From contig NC_008789.1 in the NCBI RefSeq assembly GCF_000015585.1, positions 1,620,001 to 1,652,000 on the forward strand: a DNA stretch of 32,000 nucleotides, written 5' to 3'. The translations under genes and the position numbers were made by a program. Origin of the DNA: Halorhodospira halophila SL1 (GTDB taxonomy: Bacteria > Pseudomonadota > Gammaproteobacteria > Nitrococcales > Halorhodospiraceae). The notes below the pieces were generated by a model. That model made no database searches, was not told the origin of the DNA, and saw only the letters and a program-made list of their open reading frames with translations. Of the stretch, positions 26,195-32,000 are shown in pieces; positions within the stretch are counted from its first letter, which is position 1, and each line of letters begins with the position of its first letter.

Positions 26195-27685
26195 TTAGAA
26201 TTCCATGGTCAGGCGGGCACTGATGCGGTTCTCGCGACGGCGCTCGTCCAAAGCGAGGTCCTCACGCCCCTCGACGCGCTGCCGGTGGATCAGATCCAAA
26301 TCGCCCGAGGTCCGCCGCCCCAGGCTGCGCGAAAGACCCAAGGAAAGACGGTACTCCTCGCTCTCGCGCTCCTGATCGTCGACATCTCGCCCCTCGATCC
26401 AGCGGTAGACCCCCCGCAGCGTGGCATCCGTCCGCGCTCCGAAGGACCAGCCCCACCGCCCAACGACGCGGCGCTCGCGCTCCACCGCGTCCTCGAACCG
26501 GTCGTCACCAATCCCAAACTCCTCGTCGCTGTCCCTCTGGATGAACTCCAACCGGAAGCTGTGGGGGCCGGTGGTATAGTCCCAGCTGCCACGCCAGGTC
26601 TCGGCAAAGGTGATTCGGTCCTCATCGACGAGCAAGTCATCCGCGTCGAGAAAGCCGAACTCGGCCAGAAGCCGATCAAACTCGGTTGCCTCGGGATCAA
26701 GGGCGCGTCCCAAGCCGTCCGTCCGCCCCTCGGCGTAGGAGAGCCGCCAGGTGGAGCGCGGCGCCTGGTGGACCAAGCCCAACGATCGCTGATCTCGGCG
26801 ATTCGTCTGATCCGTGTCGTCGATCTGGTCCTTGAACTGGCCGTAACTCCCAGATATCTGCGTATTCCGGGTGATGTCCCAGTCGGCGTTGACCCGCCAG
26901 CTCTGGGTGTCGCGGCGCCGATCCTCGACCCGAATCCAGCCATCCGATCCGGATAGGCTCAGGCGCAACGACCGGCCGAACCGGTACCCCAAGGTGGCCT
27001 GGTTGGAGAAACGATCAATCTCGGCGCGCTCCGGATCGTCGAAGCGATCCCAGTTGCGTTCGGAGCGGAACTGCCAGAAGGTGCGACCGAACTGCGGGCC
27101 GCTATCCAGCTGGTATTGGGCGCGATGCACCTGTTGCGGCTGGCGATCCGATCGGTGGTAACGGGCCTCGTCGAAGACGTAACGCACCTCTTGCTCCGAG
27201 AAGCGACCCTGCCGCCACACCCAGTAAGGGCTGATGCGGTAGCGGGTCGTCTCCTGCTGATCCCGCGCGGTTACCGGATCGAAGATCGATTCCGCCCGCA
27301 CACTGCGGCGGATGGAGCCCTCCACGAAGATCGACTCCCGCACCAACTCGGCGTTGCCACTTCCGCGCAGATTGTGGGTACTTCGGTCCCGGTCGCTATC
27401 GCGCCAGTAAAGCCGGTTGTCCCACGAGTAATTGAGGTCGAGTTCGGCACGCGCGCCCTCTCCACTCAGGGTCAAGCTCGGCCGCAAGAGCGTAACCAGG
27501 TCACTCTCCTCTGCACCCCGCGGGGAAAAATCGGCGTTGTCGGTCCACTCCTGACCAACGGTCATGCGCGGGGTGAAGGTCCACTGTGTCGAAGCGATAC
27601 TGGCCCCGGAAATCAGCAGAAGCCCCAAGGCGGCCGCGGCGCCCGGCAGCGCCCGCGCCCTAGCTACCCTCGGCGACACGGCCAT
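26195..27685 (-). CDS. outer-membrane beta-barrel protein of the PEP-CTERM-locus family (uncharacterised)
   Basis: The ATG at 27685 has AAGGAAG 5 nt upstream and a signal peptide 'MAVSPRVARARALPGAAAALGLLLISGASIAS'. Alternating beta-strand-like sequence rich in R/D/W/Y runs throughout, and the protein ends in an OMP-style terminal Phe ('RLTMEF'). The 32-codon upstream extension in the track is the BY-kinase Tyr-cluster repeat read in another frame. Confidence 0.8.
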   Translation of the reverse strand: MAVSPRVARARALPGAAAALGLLLISGASIASTQWTFTPRMTVGQEWTDNADFSPRGAEESDLVTLLRPSLTLSGEGARAELDLNYSWDNRLYWRDSDRDRSTHNLRGSGNAELVRESIFVEGSIRRSVRAESIFDPVTARDQQETTRYRISPYWVWRQGRFSEQEVRYVFDEARYHRSDRQPQQVHRAQYQLDSGPQFGRTFWQFRSERNWDRFDDPERAEIDRFSNQATLGYRFGRSLRLSLSGSDGWIRVEDRRRDTQSWRVNADWDITRNTQISGSYGQFKDQIDDTDQTNRRDQRSLGLVHQAPRSTWRLSYAEGRTDGLGRALDPEATEFDRLLAEFGFLDADDLLVDEDRITFAETWRGSWDYTTGPHSFRLEFIQRDSDEEFGIGDDRFEDAVERERRVVGRWGWSFGARTDATLRGVYRWIEGRDVDDQERESEEYRLSLGLSRSLGRRTSGDLDLIHRQRVEGREDLALDERRRENRISARLTMEF

Positions 27686-28658
27686 CCGCTTCCTTGGCGG
27701 CGCTGCTCCGGGGCTCCCCACCGTATTTACCGTAACCGTAACCGTAGCCGTAGCCGTAACCGCTGTATCCCAGCCCTCCATGACCGGTCGCTTTGTTGAG
27801 CATGGTCAGCACCACGTCGCACCCCTCCAGCAGCTCCGCGGCCCGCATCACCGCCGTTTGCGCCGTACCCTCAGCCTCGATCACGAGGAGCACCTGCCCC
27901 ATCTCCCGGGCCAGCACACTCGGTTCACTGGTCGAGAGCAGCGGGGGGGAATCGAAGAGGATCACCCGATCCGGGTAGCGCTCGTGGATCTCCTCCAGCA
28001 GATCGGTCATACCCTGACTGGCCAGTAACTCCGTCGAACGACCGTGGGGACGTCCGGCTGGCAACACACTGAGATCAGGGATATCGGTGCGCAGGAGCAC
28101 GTCCGGCAGACGAAGATCAGAGTCGGTCAACAGGTCCATGAGCCCCCTGTCGGCCGCGAATCCAAGTGTTCGCGGGACGCTCGGACGTGCCACGTCGGCA
28201 TCGACGACCAGAACCGTGCGATCCACCTCCATGGCGATGCTCAGCGCGAGGTTGATCGTGGAGAAGGTCTTACCCTCCCCGGGGACGGCACTGGTCACCA
28301 TGATCAACCGCCCTTTATCCACTACCGGCATGCCATGGCGCCCGAAGGCGTTATCGAGCAGCGGGCGCTTCATCAAGCGGAACTCCTCTTCAAGCCCGCT
28401 GCGCGCCTCTCCTGGAACCTGGATCCCCTGATGGCGCAACCACCCGTAATCAATCCGGACGTCGGCCGGTCGTTCGACGGTGCGCGGCGCGCGTCCGAAC
28501 TGCGGCGTGGAGGGCCTGGCCTGCGCATATTCCGTCTGGGTCGTCTCGCCCGCCGGATCGGCCTCCTGTTGTCCGGCCCCCTGGACCGAACCTTGCGCTT
28601 GTGCACCGGGTGCCTGGTTGCCTCGGCGCTTCTCCAGCGCCCGCTCGATAATGCTCAT
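27660..28658 (-). CDS. epsG: chain-length-determinant BY-type protein tyrosine kinase (EpsG type)
   Basis: Walker A 'SAVPGEGKTFSTINLA', Walker A' 'VLVVDADV' and Walker B 'VILFDSPP' are present. The C-terminal tyrosine cluster is 'GYSGYGYGYGYGYGKYGG'. The gene sits 15 nt downstream of epsF. Confidence 0.85.
   Translation of the reverse strand: MSIIERALEKRRGNQAPGAQAQGSVQGAGQQEADPAGETTQTEYAQARPSTPQFGRAPRTVERPADVRIDYGWLRHQGIQVPGEARSGLEEEFRLMKRPLLDNAFGRHGMPVVDKGRLIMVTSAVPGEGKTFSTINLALSIAMEVDRTVLVVDADVARPSVPRTLGFAADRGLMDLLTDSDLRLPDVLLRTDIPDLSVLPAGRPHGRSTELLASQGMTDLLEEIHERYPDRVILFDSPPLLSTSEPSVLAREMGQVLLVIEAEGTAQTAVMRAAELLEGCDVVLTMLNKATGHGGLGYSGYGYGYGYGYGKYGGEPRSSAAKEADGRVAEGS
27723..27766 (-). repeat. 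imperfect hexanucleotide (GGY-TAC)n tract encoding the BY-kinase C-terminal Tyr cluster
   Basis: The plus strand reads gtaacc gtaacc gtagcc gtagcc gtaacc (27732-27761), flanked by two more Tyr codons. That gives seven Tyr within 15 residues. Confidence 0.9.
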
Positions 28659-28673
28659 ACGCCCCTCGTCCGA

Positions 28674-30218
28674 CTAGGCAAAAAAGACCCCAACCACCAC
28701 CCCATAGGCAACCAACAAGGCTCCGGTTGCGCTGAAGAAGACGAGCATCTCCATGCGCCTGCGGCGCCGGTGGGCCGGCGTTCGCACCCGCGAGATCTGC
28801 CCCATGACGGGCCGCCCGGTGAGCTCGCCGAGCTGGCCGGGCGCGGCCACCGTGCCGCGAATCTGGGCCAGCAGGAAGGCGAATCCCGTGCCGGCCCCCA
28901 GCCCCAGGACCAGAACCGCGCTGCCCAGCAGGGGGCGGTTCGGCGCTGCCGCCTCACTTGGCTGCTCCGGTGGCTGCAGGACGCGAAAGTCCACCGAGTC
29001 CGCGCCTGACTCCACTTCGCCGGTCAGCACAGCCTGCTCAAGCCGATCCCGTAACTCAGAGTAGCTGTTCTGCAGGACTTCGTAGTCCCGTGTGAGCCGA
29101 CTGTATTCCGACTCGATCTCCGGCACGTCGTCGGAGACCGCCTCAAGTTCCTGGACCCGCAGGCGCTGCTCCTCAACCCGAGTCTCCAGCGAGGCCACAC
29201 GGCTTTCCGATTCGGCCAACTCCAGCTGCAGCGGATGATCGGGCTGACCTAGACCAACGCGATCTACCGGGGAGGCCATCAGGCTCTCGCTGAACTCCAC
29301 CGCCTGCTCCTCCCGCTCCTCGCGCAGATCCTCAAGGACGCGCTGCGTATGCGCCACGTCCGGATGCTGATCGGTATACTGGCGGCGCAGCTCATCAAGC
29401 TCGGATTCCAGGTTACTGATGCGAGCGTCTAGCTCCGGATTCTCGAACTCCGGAGGCTGCACTAATCCGGGGTGATCGCCATCGCCCTCAAGCTGTGCGA
29501 TGAGGCTCTCATAATGGCTTTGAGCCTGCTCAAACTCCAACTCCGCCTCAGCTAACCGCTCACGCTCGGCCCGCAAGCGGCTATAAAAATCGCCGCCGGC
29601 CAACAGAACCTCCGAGTGCTCACGGCGAAAATCCTCAAGCTGCTCTTCCTTCGCCCGCAGCCGAGTGCCGTAACGGTCGAGCTGATTCTCGATAAAATCG
29701 CGCGAGGCCGTCAGATCCGTCCGCGGGTCACCGAGGCCCCGCTCCATGAAGAGGTCACCGGTCTGACGCACCACGCGATAGGCCACCTCCGGGTCCTCAT
29801 CGGAAAAACTGATCGTATAGATATTGTCCCCAGCCCCACTTTCGTCACCCCCGCGCAGATCGATGTCCTGCAGGCTATCGACGGCGCGGTCGATGTCGTC
29901 GTAGCCGAGGAGAATGTCGAGGTCCGCCTGCCGCGCGATCTCACGCAGGTTATCCCGGCTCAGCAGCGTGCTGGTAATCATGTTCATCCGCTGCTCAGCG
30001 TCCGGTCGCACCGTCATGCCGCCGAGCAGTGGACCGAGCACCGAATCCGTATCGACGTAGACCTCGCTCGACGCCTCGTAGGTGTCGGGGAGGGCGTGGA
30101 TGTACGCCCACCCGGGTATACAGACCAGCCAAGCGATGGGAAGGATCCACCACCGTCGACGCCAGGTCGCTCGCAGTTGGTGCAGCACTTCCTGGACGAC
30201 CTGCTCCATCTGCCCCAT
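28674..30218 (-). CDS. epsF: PEP-CTERM-locus polysaccharide chain-length determinant (EpsF type, PCP partner of EpsG)
   Basis: 514 aa, with the ATG preceded by GGGGAG at 9 nt. It has an N-terminal TM helix after 'LRATWRRRWW', a long periplasmic coiled-coil region, a second TM helix 'LLGSAVLVLGLGAGTGFAFLLA', a short cytoplasmic basic segment 'RVRTPAHRRRRR' and a terminal TM helix. The kinase gene follows immediately. Confidence 0.85.
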   Translation of the reverse strand: MGQMEQVVQEVLHQLRATWRRRWWILPIAWLVCIPGWAYIHALPDTYEASSEVYVDTDSVLGPLLGGMTVRPDAEQRMNMITSTLLSRDNLREIARQADLDILLGYDDIDRAVDSLQDIDLRGGDESGAGDNIYTISFSDEDPEVAYRVVRQTGDLFMERGLGDPRTDLTASRDFIENQLDRYGTRLRAKEEQLEDFRREHSEVLLAGGDFYSRLRAERERLAEAELEFEQAQSHYESLIAQLEGDGDHPGLVQPPEFENPELDARISNLESELDELRRQYTDQHPDVAHTQRVLEDLREEREEQAVEFSESLMASPVDRVGLGQPDHPLQLELAESESRVASLETRVEEQRLRVQELEAVSDDVPEIESEYSRLTRDYEVLQNSYSELRDRLEQAVLTGEVESGADSVDFRVLQPPEQPSEAAAPNRPLLGSAVLVLGLGAGTGFAFLLAQIRGTVAAPGQLGELTGRPVMGQISRVRTPAHRRRRRMEMLVFFSATGALLVAYGVVVGVFFA

Positions 30219-30426
30219 GGGTATCTGACTCCCCCAGCTTTCGTGCCGGAACCACTCTGGGGCAAGGCTAGCAGTGTCCTACGAGTCCGCAAGTTCGGTT
30301 CGTAACCCTTTACAAAACCAGGACAACACCCGGTGTCAGCGTTATTGACGCAAGCTTTGCACGGAAAACGCGAGGCTTTGCCGGGACACTTGCACACAGG
30401 GGCTGAAGGGGATGACGACGACCGCT

Positions 30427-30442
30427 TGGCACGGCACATGCA
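30427..30442 (+). promoter_or_regulatory. candidate sigma-54 (RpoN) -24/-12 promoter upstream of the PilZ gene
   Basis: TGGCACGgcacATGCA compared with the consensus TGGCACG-N4-TTGCW. The -24 element matches 7/7 and the -12 element 4/5. The invariant GG (30428-29) and GC (30440-41) have exactly the canonical 12-nt offset. The site is intergenic, about 110 nt upstream of the GTG at 30550. Confidence 0.5.
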
Positions 30443-30500
30443 GACCGGCCCCCGGCAATAGGCATTCGTAAGATCGCCGTTGCCCTGGACGCATAACCAC

Positions 30501-30544
30501 GAACATCCATGAACCTCGGAGAACATCCACGACCCTCGGAGAAC
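30501..30544 (+). repeat. 20-nt tandem direct repeat (2.2 copies) in the PilZ gene leader
   Basis: gaacatccatgaacctcgga (30501-30520) and gaacatccacgaccctcgga (30521-30540) are 18/20 identical and are followed by gaac. Each copy ends in an SD-like GGAG. The second GGAG lies 9 nt upstream of the GTG start. Confidence 0.85.
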
Positions 30545-30549
30545 TTAAC

Positions 30550-31119
30550 GTGAACGCCCTCGACCTGGCAGAGGAGTTGGCCGATTTCTGGCTCCCGGTA
30601 CTGGCGAAGCGCTCCTGGGAGGTGCGTGCCGACATGCTGGAGCAGATCCTTGGGCAGTTGGCGGACGACACCCCCGACCCCATGCTCTACCGCCGCCTGG
30701 TCGCGTTTTTCCTGGCGACCGCGATCGATCGCCTTGCGGCCGATGAGCCGGTCGCCAGCCAGGCGCAGGCACGGATCTACATCCAGTCGGCCGATCCGAA
30801 GCACCGCGCAATGGCCCTGGAACGCTTCCCCGAGGTCCACTCACGCCCTGCGTGGCGCGGCCACCCCCGTAACAACCCCCTGGACCGACGGGCCGCCCCG
30901 CGACACCGCCTAACCGCCGAAGCAGGCATCGAAGCCGCCCGTACCAAGATCACGTGTCGGATCCACAATATCTCAAAGTCCGGAGCCCTAATTACCCTAC
31001 ATTTAATGCTTCAACCAAGCGATGAGGTTCACCTGACGCTGCGATCTCGCGACCAGCCGATAAACGGTCAGGTGGCGCGGGTTTCCGATCATGGCTGTGG
31101 CATCCTGTTCTGCGCATAA
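30550..31119 (+). CDS. PilZ-domain (c-di-GMP-binding) protein with unrecognised helical N-terminal domain
   Basis: 189 aa, starting at the first canonical start codon (GTG) after an in-frame stop at 30469-30471. The C-terminal ~90 aa carry both PilZ signature motifs with typical spacing: RxxxR ('RAAPR') and (D/N)xSxxG ('NISKSG'). A beta-barrel-like 'VHLTLR...INGQVARV...GCGILF' follows. Confidence 0.65.
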   Translation: MNALDLAEELADFWLPVLAKRSWEVRADMLEQILGQLADDTPDPMLYRRLVAFFLATAIDRLAADEPVASQAQARIYIQSADPKHRAMALERFPEVHSRPAWRGHPRNNPLDRRAAPRHRLTAEAGIEAARTKITCRIHNISKSGALITLHLMLQPSDEVHLTLRSRDQPINGQVARVSDHGCGILFCA

Positions 31120-31308
31120 AGGAGACCTCGCGAGAACACCGGCCATCGCTCCGAGACTCGTCGCGAGCGCGAGTCCTTTACCCCACCGATAATATCGTTT
31201 TTACCTTAAATGACCCACCACGCTGCCGTGACGATGCTGTAGCATATTCATCGGTCCGATTCACGTTCAACCCCAAACGTCATGAGGATGAGGACAATTG
31301 GAGTTCGC

Positions 31309-32000
31309 GATGTCATCCCCCTACTCCCGCTACAAGGTCATCCTGGCGACCGAAGATCAGGCGCGGTGCGCCCATTTCCAGTTACGATACATGGTTTATT
31401 GCGAAAAGAAGCAATATGAATCTTCAAGCCTTTTCCCGGATGGATATGAACGTGACGACCACGACAGTCACGCGCTCCACCTGCTTCTAAAATACACACC
31501 ACCGGGATCCCAGACGAATCGAAACGTGGGCACGATTCGTCTAATAAAAGGCGGAAACAAACCTCTTCCGATCGAGAACATCTCCGACCTGAACAGCAAT
31601 GAATTCACGAATGAATATAGTGGCGAGCTCTCGCGACTCGCTATCCATGAAGTGCCTTCAGGCCACGACACCCTCCCGCTGTTTATCCTCTGCCGTGCTG
31701 CACAGCACCACGCCAGGGGGTGTGGGATATCACGGCTATACTTCCTCGCTCGACCGGCGCTGGCCCGACATCTAACCCGTAACCATTTACCCTTCGAGCA
31801 GGCTGGTTCGCCTTGCTATCACCGCGGCCGCCGCATACCGTACGCGATGGACGTAAATGGCTTTGCTCGGGGGTTAGCGCGGTGGGAAAAGAAACTCATA
31901 AAACAGAAATTAGCCCCATCAAGTAAAACTGAAACCCTCCACGCCTACCAACATCCTAATAGACTTTCTGACATGGTTCCGAACGGCTGCCTGCAGACGA
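31309..32000 (+). CDS. PEP-CTERM/exosortase-system-associated acyltransferase (GNAT-like, related to LuxI / N-acyl amino acid synthases); 3' end outside the window
   Basis: This ORF is not in the supplied track because it has no stop in the window. I translated it by hand: the ATG at 31309 has GGAG 6 nt upstream, and the frame stays open for 230 codons to nt 32000. 'YKVILATEDQARCAHFQLRYMVYCEKKQYES...DGYERDDHDSHALHLLLKY...NVGTIRLI...PLPIE' and 'GELSRLAIHE' match my recollection of the conserved N-terminal pattern of this family. Confidence 0.65.

Noticed and set aside
27686-27781. N-terminal extension of the OMP ORF ('MEGWDTAVTATATVTVTVNTVGSPG...')
   Set aside because: This is the kinase's (GGY-TAC)n repeat read in a different frame. 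The internal ATG at 27685 has a good RBS and is followed by a proper signal peptide.
9989-30218. Whether the two inverted epsF paralogs form a recombinogenic DNA inverted repeat that could flip the whole operon
   Set aside because: I compared the most conserved N-terminal coding stretch at the DNA level. Mismatches are frequent, at synonymous sites and elsewhere, and there are no long identical runs. This is an old paralogy rather than a recent duplication or invertible-segment boundary.
30219-30330. Promoter for the eps operon on the minus strand (weak TTGCGG-N16-TAGCCT; sigma-54-like GGCACG-N4-CTGGG)
   Set aside because: The sigma-70 match is only 3/6 plus 3/6. The sigma-54-like site lacks the invariant -12 GC. 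Neither is strong enough to report as a feature.
31468-31671. 67-aa minus-strand ORF, the only ORF the track reports in 31120-32000
   Set aside because: It lies antisense inside the much longer plus-strand acyltransferase-like ORF, has no motifs, and has no RBS.
1-32000. CRISPR arrays, tRNA/rRNA genes, IS elements or transposases, integrases, toxin-antitoxin or recognisable phage-defence genes
   Set aside because: I found no regularly spaced direct repeats, no tRNA-like cloverleaf regions, no ribosomal RNA signatures, and no transposase, integrase or defence-type motifs in any credible ORF.

Overview
High-GC proteobacterial chromosomal window with no rRNA, tRNA, CRISPR array or transposase that I could see. 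All family calls below come from reading the translations; no database search was run.

The left third (1-9800) holds housekeeping or accessory genes:
- a 5'-truncated M20 ArgE/DapE-type deacylase
- a CocE/NonD (S15) hydrolase
- a convergent Ddl-like ATP-grasp ligase
- a secreted trypsin-like protease, followed 9 nt later by a 642-aa membrane-anchored helical protein of no family I recognise
- a CFA-synthase-like methyltransferase
- a stand-alone cNMP-binding domain protein
- a Ser/Thr/Lys-rich membrane protein followed by a clean rho-independent terminator

The core (11518-30218, minus strand) is a 14-gene XrtA (exosortase A)/PEP-CTERM exopolysaccharide operon. Its genes overlap or are translationally coupled, and they sit in the canonical family order: EpsF chain-length determinant, EpsG BY-kinase, beta-barrel OMP, ExeA-like ATPase, polysaccharide deacetylase, FemAB-like protein, stp1 glycosyltransferase, XrtA-EpsI fusion, stp2 glycosyltransferase, AsnB-type amidotransferase, PaaK/CapK-like adenylating enzyme, two GT4 glycosyltransferases, and a 581-aa unknown protein.

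Most noteworthy observations:
1. A second full-length EpsF paralog without a kinase sits on the opposite strand. It converges on the operon end, and the two stop codons overlap.
2. Divergent from the operon head is a strong sigma-54 -24/-12 match. It is followed by a 20-nt tandem repeat and a short uORF, and leads into a PilZ-domain protein with an unrecognised N-terminal domain.
3. An ORF missing from the supplied track (31309 to the window end, no stop in window) looks like the PEP-CTERM/exosortase-associated LuxI/N-acyl-amino-acid-synthase-like acyltransferase. It lies in a sharply AT-richer segment.
4. No Wza/OPX exporter, priming transferase, Wzx/Wzy or PEP-CTERM substrate gene is present in the window.
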